DNA of 64,000 bases, from IMG/VR virus record IMGVR_UViG_3300049170_000088. One strand, 5' to 3'. Position 1 is the first letter of the stretch, and every line of letters begins with the position of its first letter. Made by a program: the position numbers and the translations under genes. Source of the stretch: an uncultured virus (IMG/VR IMGVR_UViG_3300049170_000088) (lineage: Duplodnaviria > Heunggongvirae > Uroviricota > Caudoviricetes). The notes under the pieces are model-generated. The model had not been told where the DNA came from and did no database searches. It saw only the letters and a program-made list of their open reading frames with translations. Of the stretch, positions 36,430 to 45,771 are shown one piece after another.

Positions 36430-38766
36430 CTACGCCGCGAGGGCAGCGGCCAGGGCGCGCTGCATCCGGTGGACGATGATGTCGTTCTGGCTCGCCGCGG
36501 TGTGGATGTGCACGGCCACATCCCGCGGTGCCACCCGGCCGCCGGAGGCCGCGCCGGAGCGCACCATCAGCTCCATCAGACCGGCCTTCTCGGCGAGTTC
36601 GGCGGCCCGCTGCGGCCGGGTCAGCGGGATGACCACCTCGGGACCGGCCTCGCCCACCAGTGCCTTGGTGGGGCCCGCGATGATTCCGCCGGAGGCCAGG
36701 TTCACGCCGGGGATCTTGTTGAGGGCGCCCTTGCCGAAGTCCTTGATGGCGCCGCCGATGTCCTTCAGCTTGCCCAGCGCCTTCCCGGCCCACTCGAACA
36801 GGGTCTTCAGCACGCCGACGACACCGGAGATGGCGCCCTTGACGAGTTCGAGGGCTCTCTTGACCGCCGGGGTCTCCTTGGCCCACCTGCCGAAGGCAGT
36901 CACGGCCTTGGCCACCGCGGAAATGATCTTGAGAACCTGGGTGATGACCTGGACGGCCACGCCGATCAGTTTCGTCAGCACGGAGACCAGTGGCGGCAAG
37001 GCCGTGATCGCCAGCTCCATGATCTTGATCACGAGCGGGCCGACCGCCCCCCACAGGTCGACGAAGGTCGTCGCCAACTGGGCGATCAGCGGGGCGAGTT
37101 GGGTGATCGCGTCAGCCAGGGCCTGGCCCAAGATCTCGATCAGGTCGGTCAGCGGCCCCTCGACCATCGGCGTCAGAATTGCGGCAACTTGGGCAAAAGC
37201 CTCAATAACGGGCTGAAAGGCAGGAACTAGGGCATCTAGGACCTTCGACAGTTGCTCGCCGAGGAGCGTGAGCAGTTGCTCGATCAGCGGCATGAACGGC
37301 TCCAGCAGAGCCGTAATGATCTTGAGGGCTTCGCCGAAGGCTTCGAGCAGTACCCCGCCGATCTCGCCGAGCCCCTTGGCCAGGGGCTCCAGCACCTCAA
37401 GCAGGCCGGTGATCGCTTCCGTGGCGACGTGCGTCCCGTCAGCCATCGGCTTGAACAGCTCGCCGAAAAGCCCGAGCAGGCCTCCCACCAGCTCCAGGAT
37501 GTCGCCGAAGGCGCGCATCCCGTTGGACATCGCCTCGAAGGCGTCAGAGCCCTCGCCGCCCGCCGAGGCGTTCTTCAGGAACTCGCCGAACTTCTCGCCG
37601 GCGGCGCCGATCGCCTCGCCCATCCGCTCCCAGAGCGGGAGCGTGTTCGCCACGACGGCGGCGATGCCCTCCATCGCCGGGCCGACCGCATCACCGAAAC
37701 CCTTCGCGACCGCCTCAAGGATCTTGAAGGAGTCCGCAACGAGCTGGATGCCCTCCTGGGTGCGGAAGAACTTCTCGAACTCGGTGATGATCCGGTTGAC
37801 GGCCTCGAACGCGCCGTTGAGCGCGGCCGTGCCGACCGGCGTGTTCAGCGCGTCATTGATCGCATCCTTCAGACCGCCGAAGGACTCCTTGAGTTCGTCC
37901 CCTCTCTTCTTCCAGAGGATGAAGGCCGCAGCAGCAGCAGCCGCGGCGCCGGGGATGGCGTAGATCAGGCCCGCGAGCGGGGCCAGGAGGACCACCAGGG
38001 CCGCGATCGCGTAGCCGAGCGCGGCCGACTGGCGCCCCACGATGCCGCCGAGCGTGGCGAATGCGGACTGAATGCGCCCGAGCTGACGGACCGTGCGGTT
38101 CGCGTTGCGGGTGATGTCCCCGTCTCCGCCCCCGTCTCCGCCGCTGCGGCGTCCGCCGGTGGCCGGTCCACGGCCGTTGCCGCAGGGGTTGCCGCCGATG
38201 GAGACACACCGCACCCGCACCGTCGCCGGCGGCATGCCTCGGGTGAGGGCGTTGACCTGGGCGCGGAACCCTGCCGCCAGCGGGCGAAGGCGGATGCCCG
38301 CCTCCATGCCCCGCGTGAGGGCGTTGACCTTGGTGCGGAACCCGGTGGCGACGGGGTTGAGGCGGATGTTCGCCTCTATGCCGCTGGTGAGGGCATTGAC
38401 CTTCTGCTTGAACCCGGCCGCGATGGGGTTCAGGCGGATGTTGGCCTCGAATCCGCCCGTGAGGGTGTTGACCTTCTGGCGGAATCCGGTCGCCAGGGGG
38501 TTGAGGCGGATGTTCGCCTCCATGCCCCTGGTGAGGGCATTGACCTTCTGCTTGAACCCGGCGGCCAGCGGGTTCAGGCGGATGTTCGCGGTCATGCCGC
38601 GGGTCATGTTGTTGACCGCGGTGCGAAAGCCGGTCATGTCCGGCCTCACGCGGACCTCGGCGTCGCCGACGGAGGCGATGGCCGCTTCCACTTCCTCCCG
38701 GAAGCGCGACGTGTCCGCGACGATGCGGACATCCGCCTCGCCGATCGAACCCGCCGGAGTCGTCAC
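36430..38766 (-). CDS. tape measure protein
   Basis: IGEADVRIVADT N-terminus; long amphipathic repeats; C-terminal LASGGII.GPT.ALVGEAGPEVVIPL. Confidence 0.9.
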   Translation of the reverse strand: MTTPAGSIGEADVRIVADTSRFREEVEAAIASVGDAEVRVRPDMTGFRTAVNNMTRGMTANIRLNPLAAGFKQKVNALTRGMEANIRLNPLATGFRQKVNTLTGGFEANIRLNPIAAGFKQKVNALTSGIEANIRLNPVATGFRTKVNALTRGMEAGIRLRPLAAGFRAQVNALTRGMPPATVRVRCVSIGGNPCGNGRGPATGGRRSGGDGGGDGDITRNANRTVRQLGRIQSAFATLGGIVGRQSAALGYAIAALVVLLAPLAGLIYAIPGAAAAAAAAFILWKKRGDELKESFGGLKDAINDALNTPVGTAALNGAFEAVNRIITEFEKFFRTQEGIQLVADSFKILEAVAKGFGDAVGPAMEGIAAVVANTLPLWERMGEAIGAAGEKFGEFLKNASAGGEGSDAFEAMSNGMRAFGDILELVGGLLGLFGELFKPMADGTHVATEAITGLLEVLEPLAKGLGEIGGVLLEAFGEALKIITALLEPFMPLIEQLLTLLGEQLSKVLDALVPAFQPVIEAFAQVAAILTPMVEGPLTDLIEILGQALADAITQLAPLIAQLATTFVDLWGAVGPLVIKIMELAITALPPLVSVLTKLIGVAVQVITQVLKIISAVAKAVTAFGRWAKETPAVKRALELVKGAISGVVGVLKTLFEWAGKALGKLKDIGGAIKDFGKGALNKIPGVNLASGGIIAGPTKALVGEAGPEVVIPLTRPQRAAELAEKAGLMELMVRSGAASGGRVAPRDVAVHIHTAASQNDIIVHRMQRALAAALAA
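38234..38660 (-). repeat. 72-bp (24-aa) tandem repeat in the tape measure N-terminus, five clear units plus one degenerate
   Basis: EANIRLNPxAxGFxxKVNALTxGM; GAGGG..TTGACCT recurs at 38245, 38317, 38389, 38461 and 38533. Confidence 0.9.
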
Positions 38767-38815
38767 CCTTGCCCCATTTTCCCGATCAGTTACGTATCGG
38801 GGTTAATGGTATGCA

Positions 38816-39559
38816 TCAGCCTCCTTCGTCCAGTGATGACTCACCCGCCACGCGCCGGGACTGCACCCACTCCTTGGCCTGCGCCGCGAACTGATCCATC
38901 GTCACCAGCGGCTGACCGGCCCACGGCAGCTCCGGCGCCTGCTCCTCGCCCTGCCCCGCCTCGCCGTCCGCCTCCTGGTCGTGCCCGGCTTCCGTCGCCG
39001 GCGCGGCAGACTCAGCAGCCGCCTTCGCTACCCAGTGCGGGGCGTTCACCTGGAAGCTGGAAGCGTCCATACCCGCCGCCTCGTCCTCATCCTCGGGCAG
39101 GTAGACGGCGTACTCCGGAGGCGCCAGGATCTCGGTCTGGAGCTGCTGCCACTCCACGTCCTTCTCGCAGGTGGAGGCCAGCCACGTCATCAGCGCGGCC
39201 GACAGCCGCCGCGGCGACACCCAGGGCGCATCCGGCTCGAAGCCGTGCCGCAGCGTCCAGGACTCGAAGGAGAACCAGCTCACCTTCCGCGTGGAGGCCA
39301 GTCGCGTGGCCGACCACCACTCCACGCCGTAGATGTCCGGCGCGAGCGCATGCCAGATGCGCCACAGGGACCGCACCGTCATCAGGTCCCTGCGGTCCTC
39401 CAGGCGCTCCCACACCCAGTCCCGGCCGTCCTCGTCCAGGGCCTCGGGCAGGATGCGCATCCAGTCCCCCGACGCGGCGATCTCGTACGCCTCGGCCGCG
39501 TTCAGGGGACGGATCTCCAGGTCCCGGCCGTCGATCCGGAACGCAACGGGGCAGATCAC
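38816..39559 (-). CDS. tail assembly chaperone 2
   Basis: GTG at 39559 overlaps the TGA of chaperone 1; position before the tape measure. Confidence 0.6.
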   Translation of the reverse strand: MICPVAFRIDGRDLEIRPLNAAEAYEIAASGDWMRILPEALDEDGRDWVWERLEDRRDLMTVRSLWRIWHALAPDIYGVEWWSATRLASTRKVSWFSFESWTLRHGFEPDAPWVSPRRLSAALMTWLASTCEKDVEWQQLQTEILAPPEYAVYLPEDEDEAAGMDASSFQVNAPHWVAKAAAESAAPATEAGHDQEADGEAGQGEEQAPELPWAGQPLVTMDQFAAQAKEWVQSRRVAGESSLDEGG

Positions 39560-40050
39560 CGGCCCGTGCGCGCCCCGGTCTGCGACTTCGGGGTGCGGGC
39601 GCCCTTGGTGCCGGTGCGCCGCGTCCCGCCGCCCTGGGCCTTCTTCGCCGCGCGGCGCTGCTCGCGGTTGTGGCCGCCGGGCTCGTTGCCGGGCACCTCC
39701 ATGCCCATGGCCTCGAAGTGGGCCGCGATCATGGGCTGGTAGTGGTTGAGGACCCGGCCGAAGACGTACAGGAGCTTCATCATGCTGACCTCGTCGTCTT
39801 CGGGGTCGCGCATGCGATCCAGCACCTCGGCGGCGTCGTCCTCCTCCAGGGAGCACTTCAGGAACTCGACCATGGCGTCGGCGCCGCCGTCCGAGCCCTC
39901 CTGCATGGGTGTGAACAGGTGCCACTTCTTGTCCGGCGGGCAGGAGGCGGTGTAGATGGTTCCTCCGATGCGGACCTTCACCGGTTCGGCCTGAACCGGG
40001 ATGTAGCCGTCATCTGCGTCAATCACGAACTCTTCCGTCATAGCGGACAA
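39556..40050 (-). CDS. tail assembly chaperone 1
   Basis: Acidic; LDRMRDPEDD and NREQRRAA motifs; synteny. Confidence 0.65.
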   Translation of the reverse strand: MSAMTEEFVIDADDGYIPVQAEPVKVRIGGTIYTASCPPDKKWHLFTPMQEGSDGGADAMVEFLKCSLEEDDAAEVLDRMRDPEDDEVSMMKLLYVFGRVLNHYQPMIAAHFEAMGMEVPGNEPGGHNREQRRAAKKAQGGGTRRTGTKGARTPKSQTGARTGR

Positions 40051-40094
40051 GTTACGCGCGTGTGATCAGCGGCTGACGGCAACGCTCCGAACCG

Positions 40095-40859
40095 CTAGCA
40101 GTACGGCTCCGGCACCGGGCAGCCGGTCACGTCCGTGGGCTGCTTCAGGTCGATGGTCAGCGCCATCACCCCGCCCGCACACGCCCCCTGACGGGGCAGC
40201 GACGACCACTGCGCCGCCTGGACCGGGAAGCCCCGCAGCGCCGGGCAGCAGCCAACCACCCACCGCATGATCTCTGCGTCCGCGAGTGCCACGAACGCGT
40301 CCGCCTCGCGCGGCTCGCACGGCACCGGGCGCCCGTCCGGCGACGTGCCCTTCGCGCAGCGCAGCACCCCGAAGTTGAAGGTCACGCGCCACAGGCCGCC
40401 GCCGGCGCACACGCCGCCGTTCGCGGTGACGACGTTGCCCCGTCCGGCTTGGGGCACCCACTGCTGGGAGGCGGTGCGCACCCAGGCCATGCCCTGCCAC
40501 ATCGGCTCGTCCTCGGGCGCCGCAGCGACCGGCGCCAGGCCTTCCATCTTCGGCAGGTGCCCGGCCAGATCCTGCGGTTCGGCTTCGCGGCAGCACGGCG
40601 TGGTGCAGTCGCATGCGCACCAGTCGGCCGTGGCGACCTCGCCCTCGTTGACGACGCAGCACCAGCACACGGGCCGGTTGCAGGCGGTCAGGCCGGAGCA
40701 CAGGCAGTCCTTGATCCCGAGCGCGATACGGGTGACAGGGTCTGGGCCGCACGGTGGCTTGGGCTGCCATACCGGCGGCTCGGCCGCGGCGTAGGACTGG
40801 GGGGACAGCGCGGCCCCGCGTACGGTCTCGGCGCGGCTCGCGCGACGCTCACCATCCAT
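40095..40859 (-). CDS. tail terminator-like protein
   Basis: DCLC, GMAWVR, FGVLRC, DAEIMR..CC and QGACAGG resemble actinophage tail terminators; synteny. Confidence 0.65.
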   Translation of the reverse strand: MDGERRASRAETVRGAALSPQSYAAAEPPVWQPKPPCGPDPVTRIALGIKDCLCSGLTACNRPVCWCCVVNEGEVATADWCACDCTTPCCREAEPQDLAGHLPKMEGLAPVAAAPEDEPMWQGMAWVRTASQQWVPQAGRGNVVTANGGVCAGGGLWRVTFNFGVLRCAKGTSPDGRPVPCEPREADAFVALADAEIMRWVVGCCPALRGFPVQAAQWSSLPRQGACAGGVMALTIDLKQPTDVTGCPVPEPYC

Positions 40860-41865
40860 ATCCGCCACCTCCAAAGCCGGGCCTGCCCACGCGCCACGAC
40901 GTCGGGGAGGCAGGGAAGTCAGGACTGAACACGGCGGACGGCTGCTTGAGGCCGTGCGGGTTGACCAGCGCCACCCACTCGTCGACCTCGGGAATGCCGG
41001 TCATGAACGGCTCCCCGTCCTGGAAGGAGGGGGCCTGGAGCTGGTAGGTGATGCCCTCTCGGGTGACCTGGGTGGCGTTGAAGGGCACCTCGCACGCGCC
41101 GCCGTCCGCCCCGCAGGACTGCGCGATGCGGCACGCGAGGCGCGAGGCGGCGAGCACGCCGCCGGGCGGCACCGGCTGTCCGCGCTCGTAGAGCACGGAG
41201 AAGGTGCACGGTTCGGTGTCGCACAGGTCCAGGCGCTGGCACTTGGGCCAGCACGGCTCACACGAGGAGCACCCGGTGGGGCACTGGCCGCAGCCGTCGC
41301 AGCCGCCTCCGGACGTGCCGCGGCGTACGAGCCGGTTCGGCGGGAAGACCGTGTAGGTGGCCGGGTCGACGATCTGCCCGTGCCACTTCACTTCGACGAT
41401 GCAGGCGACCGGGCCGGGCAGCAGGATCTCGCACAGCTCGATGCACGAGCAGTCGCCCTTGCACGACCCGCACGAGAGGTTGATCCAGTTCCCGCCGCCC
41501 AGGTTCGCCGGCAGCATGGCGCCGCCGCCGGGGAAGCCGCCCAGCCAGGAGTTGCCCCACCGCCCGGACATGCCGCCCTGGGGGCCTTCGATGCCCCAGG
41601 TGCCGGTGAACACGCGGTTCCAGCCGTCGCAGGAGCGGCGGCAGGGCCGGACGTACTCGCGGCACAGCCCGTACCGGCCGCCGGTCGCCCGCCACAGCCG
41701 TTCGGAGGCGATGGCCATGGCGATCCAGTGCCGCGGCTCGAAGTCTTCCGGCTCGCACGGCCAGCCGGGGCAGCACGAGGGGTCGATGGGCCAGGGCGCG
41801 CAGGGGCCGCCCTCCGGCTCCCAGCCGGAGGGCCACGGGCACGTGATGACCCCTGGCGCGTACAC
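40849..41865 (-). CDS. head-to-tail adaptor
   Basis: LWRATGGRYGLC..VRPC, LPGPV, WPKCQ, VTREGI, TGIPEVDEWV. Confidence 0.75.
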   Translation of the reverse strand: MYAPGVITCPWPSGWEPEGGPCAPWPIDPSCCPGWPCEPEDFEPRHWIAMAIASERLWRATGGRYGLCREYVRPCRRSCDGWNRVFTGTWGIEGPQGGMSGRWGNSWLGGFPGGGAMLPANLGGGNWINLSCGSCKGDCSCIELCEILLPGPVACIVEVKWHGQIVDPATYTVFPPNRLVRRGTSGGGCDGCGQCPTGCSSCEPCWPKCQRLDLCDTEPCTFSVLYERGQPVPPGGVLAASRLACRIAQSCGADGGACEVPFNATQVTREGITYQLQAPSFQDGEPFMTGIPEVDEWVALVNPHGLKQPSAVFSPDFPASPTSWRVGRPGFGGGGYGW

Positions 41866-41868
41866 GCG

Positions 41869-42393
41869 CTACCGCTTGGAGGCAGAGATGGTGAAGGTGA
41901 TGCCCTCGCCCGCCTCGCAGCACTGCGTGGGGTAGTCGCCGCCGTCGTCGACCTGGCACGCCTTGGCCTGGTAGGTGCCCGGCTGGAGCGGCCCCAGCGG
42001 CGCCGTGTCCCCCGAGCCGCCGCCGGTCACCGGCGCGGACTGGGCGACCGGCGCCCCGTCCTTGTAGAGCACGGCCACGGTGTCGGCCTCCCCGTCGGGG
42101 TGCGCGATGGACACCACCACGTGGTCCTGCTCGTCGCCGGTGAGCTGGGTGGCCACCACCAGCGGGCGCACACACGAGGGCACGCCGCCGGGGGCGAAGG
42201 ACGGCGCGAAGCCGTAGGAGTAGCTGCCACAGGGGATCGTGACGGTCCGCTGTCGCTGCACCCCGTCCTCGGTGGTCGCGGTGATGGTGAAGGTGCCCTC
42301 GGTGGCGTACCGGTGGGGCCTGACGCCCTTGTCGCCGGTCCACTGCTCCGGGTAGGTCCCGTCACCCCAGTCGATGGTTACTGTGCGAGGCAT
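41869..42393 (-). CDS. PKD/Ig-like domain protein (possible continuation of tail tube 1)
   Basis: Starts TVTIDWGDG...HRYATEGTFTIT; overlaps the tail tube stop by 16 nt; GGAG upstream. Confidence 0.7.
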   Translation of the reverse strand: MPRTVTIDWGDGTYPEQWTGDKGVRPHRYATEGTFTITATTEDGVQRQRTVTIPCGSYSYGFAPSFAPGGVPSCVRPLVVATQLTGDEQDHVVVSIAHPDGEADTVAVLYKDGAPVAQSAPVTGGGSGDTAPLGPLQPGTYQAKACQVDDGGDYPTQCCEAGEGITFTISASKR

Positions 42394-44126
42394 GGCGACA
42401 GCACTCCCAGATCAGTGCAGACGGTGTCGATGGCGAGGTTGATCGTGTGGCGGTCGGCGCTGTAGATGTCGCACTCGGGGTCGATGTTCAGGCAGTCGCC
42501 GGGAACGCCGGGACACACTGGCGGCCGGACGGTGCCCGCGCACTGCTTCTTGTCGACCTCGGAGCACACGACGACAGCCGGGCGACGGCCGCGGAACGTC
42601 GACCCGTAGTTGAAGGTGACTTCCTCGGACGGGGTGACGTTCGTCTGGCGCCCCTCGGGGGTGCCGGTGCCCCAGTCGATCGAGACGGTGCCCTTGCCCC
42701 AGTTGTCGATGCAGAGAACCAGCTGGCAGTTGTCGCGCCACTCCTTGAACATCACCAGCGGGCGCAGGCCTCCGCCGGCGATGAACGGCTCCTTGGAGCA
42801 GAACGTCGGGATGTCGTTGCGGCAGATCTTGATGGAGAACGTGCCGTCGGTGGCGTACTCGTGGCGCAGCCGCACCGTGCACTCGTCGTTGACGGCGATG
42901 TACTGCACCCGGTCCGGTCCGGCGGAGTCGCCCCAGTCCACGGAGATGCCGTACTGGCCAATCTGCGATTCGCCGGGGCAGGCGCACTTGAGGACGTCGT
43001 CCGAGGGCGGCCCGCACCAGGCGTGCGGCGGCAGGCTGACGTCCACCACGGCCGTCTTGCCGGTGGTGTCGGTGGGGTCCTGGTAGACCGTCAGGACCGG
43101 CTCGTCGTCCGGCAGCGGCACCAGGATGGTCTTGGTCGACTGGATCTGCGGCCACTGCTTGTCACGGACGGTGATCGTGCGCTCGACCGGCGCGGAGCCG
43201 GGCGCGCAGTTGGCGTAGGTGTGCGTCGCCGATCCGTAGGAGCGCACGGTGGAGATCTCGCCGTCGCCCCAGTCCACCTCGACCGGTCCGAAGCCGTGGT
43301 TGTCAGGCCGCAGTTCGACGGTGCACCGGTCCTGGCCCGGAACGCCCTGGATGAACAGGTCCGCCGGCTCGGGGATGCCGCCGTCGACCGGCTGCTTGCC
43401 GCACTCCGCCTCGGGGGGCGGAAAGGTGGTCAGGAACTGGATGAAGTCGTCGTCCTCGGCGACCGGGCAGGGCAGCGGGGAGGGGGTGCCGTTGTCCATC
43501 AGCACGTTGTAGGGGCCCTTGCCCCAGTTGCTTCCGCGCTTGGTGGTGCCGGTGAAGGAGAAGCTGATCGGTCCGTTCTGGACGGTGAACTCGCCGATGC
43601 TCACGTTGGTGATGCAGGGGAAGAGGAGGTATCCGTGCTGGGCGGCTCCGCCCTGGCGGCAGGCTCCGGAGGCACCGGAGTAGACGTTCATCCACAGCTC
43701 CAGCGCGAAGCCGGAATCACAGTTCGCCTTGCCCTTGGCCGTGAATCCGATGATCGTGCCAGTGGAGTCCCTGATCGCGCACCATGCGGGCTGCATGATC
43801 AGGACGAGTTCGGGGTCCAGCGCACACAGGGTCAGGTTGATCGTGTAGGCCTGCGGCGGGTTGCACTGGACGGTGGTCATACAGGTCTGGCCGTTGGCCT
43901 TGACGACGGTGTCTCCCTCACCGCCACCTCCGCCGCCGCCGCCTCCGCCGCCGCCCTCTTCGCCTTCGCCGGGGCTGACTTGGACGGACACGAAGGCGTC
44001 CGTGGTCACCTGGCCGGAGTTGCCGGGGTTGTCGGGGTCTTCGTAGACCGGCGCGCAGCAGCCGTCCACCTTCGTGGCGCGCAGCACGGCGGCGCCGCTG
44101 TAGCTAGGGCAGATCACCGAGGCCAT
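42378..44126 (-). CDS. major tail (tube) protein with PKD extensions, paralog 1
   Basis: LRATKVDGC, FVSVQVS, KANGQTC, FALELW, GYLLFP, WGKGPYNV; three DWG-type PKD repeats. Confidence 0.8.
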   Translation of the reverse strand: MASVICPSYSGAAVLRATKVDGCCAPVYEDPDNPGNSGQVTTDAFVSVQVSPGEGEEGGGGGGGGGGGGEGDTVVKANGQTCMTTVQCNPPQAYTINLTLCALDPELVLIMQPAWCAIRDSTGTIIGFTAKGKANCDSGFALELWMNVYSGASGACRQGGAAQHGYLLFPCITNVSIGEFTVQNGPISFSFTGTTKRGSNWGKGPYNVLMDNGTPSPLPCPVAEDDDFIQFLTTFPPPEAECGKQPVDGGIPEPADLFIQGVPGQDRCTVELRPDNHGFGPVEVDWGDGEISTVRSYGSATHTYANCAPGSAPVERTITVRDKQWPQIQSTKTILVPLPDDEPVLTVYQDPTDTTGKTAVVDVSLPPHAWCGPPSDDVLKCACPGESQIGQYGISVDWGDSAGPDRVQYIAVNDECTVRLRHEYATDGTFSIKICRNDIPTFCSKEPFIAGGGLRPLVMFKEWRDNCQLVLCIDNWGKGTVSIDWGTGTPEGRQTNVTPSEEVTFNYGSTFRGRRPAVVVCSEVDKKQCAGTVRPPVCPGVPGDCLNIDPECDIYSADRHTINLAIDTVCTDLGVLSPCLAQ

Positions 44127-44226
44127 ACGCCACGACTCCATTCACGAATCTGTCCGATACATACCTACTGGATGCATTCTGTCCGTTTTTTGAGCTTTCG
44201 TCTGCTGTGCCGGGTTCAGTGTCGGA

Positions 44227-45552
44227 TCAACCGACCGCACCCGGCTCCCCCTCGACCTCCAGACCCTCCCCGCCCTCCTCGACCTCCGGAGGCTCAGGCG
44301 CCTGACACCAGTCGTTCGGGCACGCCGTGTAGAGCAGCGCGCAATCAGTGGTCACCGCGTACGCCCGCTCCGCGATCGCCGCGAACTCGTTCGTGATCCG
44401 GTCGAAGCCCTCGAAGAGGTTCACCGGACCCCTCCGCACGGTCACCGGACCCGTGCCGTACATGACGATCTGATCCGGCGTCACGCCCTGGTCGACGGGC
44501 CCCAGCGTGGCCTCGTAGCCGGTGCCGAAGACCACCGGAGTCCCCAGCGGCGTGTACCACCCCGACAGGTCCGTCCAGATCGACCCGAGCGAGGCCAGCC
44601 GCATCGCCACCACCGCGGGCACATGCAGCACCCCCAGGCCGCCGAGGGTCTGGATCAGCGCCGCCTCCAGCCGCGAGAGGCACACCTCCAGCCGAGCCGC
44701 GGGCCACGGCATGCGCCGGAAGCTCCCCGAGCACTCGCCGCCCACCGGAATGGGGTGGCTCTCGCGCATGGTGCGCCACAGCCACTCCTCCACCGCCCGC
44801 TGCTCGCCGGTCTCCAGCCGCCGGCGCGCCATCGGTTCGGCATCCTTGACGAAGTCGGCGCCCGGCGAGCACGCCGCCGAGCTGTAGATCCAGAACGGAT
44901 CGCCGCACACCCAGCCGGGCGGCCCGTCCAGCACCTTGCGGCGCTCCTTCAGCCACTCCTCGGGCTCCGGCGACAGCTCGAAGGTCACCGCGACGGCTTC
45001 CAGGTCCGGGCGGAACTCGACGCGCTTCTCCGCGCCGAGCCCGGCTTCACGGATCATGACGTGCGCGGTGCACGTCTTGGAGATCGCGGCCACCCAGTGC
45101 CCGGCGCCGTCCGCCTCCTCCTCCTCAGCCCCCTTCGGGCCAAGGACGGGGATGGTGACGAGCTGACCACCATCGACCTGGACCTGAATCCGTGTGGTCG
45201 GCGGAAGCGCCCAGCACGGATCGGCCTTGGCCACCGCGAACAGGATGCGGTGATCCTTCTGGTCTTCCGGCGGCGAGCACTCCAGGCGCGGCGTGCCGTC
45301 GTCCGGCGCGGGCTTGCCCACGAACAGCTCGACGGTGATCGTGACCGGCTGGACCGGCAGGGCCTGCGGCAGGCACGGACGCGGCCAGGAGTAGACGTTC
45401 GCGTCACAGCCCTGGGAGCGGTACTGGATGCCCCACTCCCACGTGCCGTCCTCGACCGTCTCGACCTCGGCAACGCTGAACAGCCCGAACCGCGACGGAC
45501 GAATCCGCGGGCCGGGCACCTCTACGCGAGGACCGGGACAGGTCACCACCAT
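44227..45552 (-). CDS. capsid-associated (decoration/minor capsid) protein, paralog 1
   Basis: Directly after the major capsid; RFGLFSVA..W..GIQY, EQRAVEEWLW, GVLHVP, TPLGTPVVFGTGY, AERAY. Confidence 0.75.
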   Translation of the reverse strand: MVVTCPGPRVEVPGPRIRPSRFGLFSVAEVETVEDGTWEWGIQYRSQGCDANVYSWPRPCLPQALPVQPVTITVELFVGKPAPDDGTPRLECSPPEDQKDHRILFAVAKADPCWALPPTTRIQVQVDGGQLVTIPVLGPKGAEEEEADGAGHWVAAISKTCTAHVMIREAGLGAEKRVEFRPDLEAVAVTFELSPEPEEWLKERRKVLDGPPGWVCGDPFWIYSSAACSPGADFVKDAEPMARRRLETGEQRAVEEWLWRTMRESHPIPVGGECSGSFRRMPWPAARLEVCLSRLEAALIQTLGGLGVLHVPAVVAMRLASLGSIWTDLSGWYTPLGTPVVFGTGYEATLGPVDQGVTPDQIVMYGTGPVTVRRGPVNLFEGFDRITNEFAAIAERAYAVTTDCALLYTACPNDWCQAPEPPEVEEGGEGLEVEGEPGAVG

Positions 45553-45771
45553 CGGCGAATCCAGCTTCCTTCGGAGCGGTCATGACGAAGCGGGACGCAG
45601 ACACGTCCGCTCGCGCTCGGGACACGAACCGACGTGCTGCGCCCCGCCTCCAGGCATCCGCTTGGGACCACCGGGGGTCCGGGGAGGTGACGGAGGAACC
45701 CGTGCACCGCCGCTCCCCGGACCGATTCGGGGACGTCCACGGATGCCGCCCAGGGGCGGGCCGCGAACGGA

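Noticed and set aside
39556..39925. Programmed frameshift between the tail assembly chaperones
   Set aside because: No slippery heptamer seen, and the second gene has a GTGA start/stop overlap at 39556-39559, so translational coupling is enough to explain it.
43915..43970. GGC-type repeat in tail tube 1 as a contingency locus
   Set aside because: In-frame poly-Gly loop with mixed codons; length changes would not switch frame.
34987..44126. Contractile injection system or tailocin
   Set aside because: No sheath, wedge, VgrG or PAAR genes recognised, and head genes are present.
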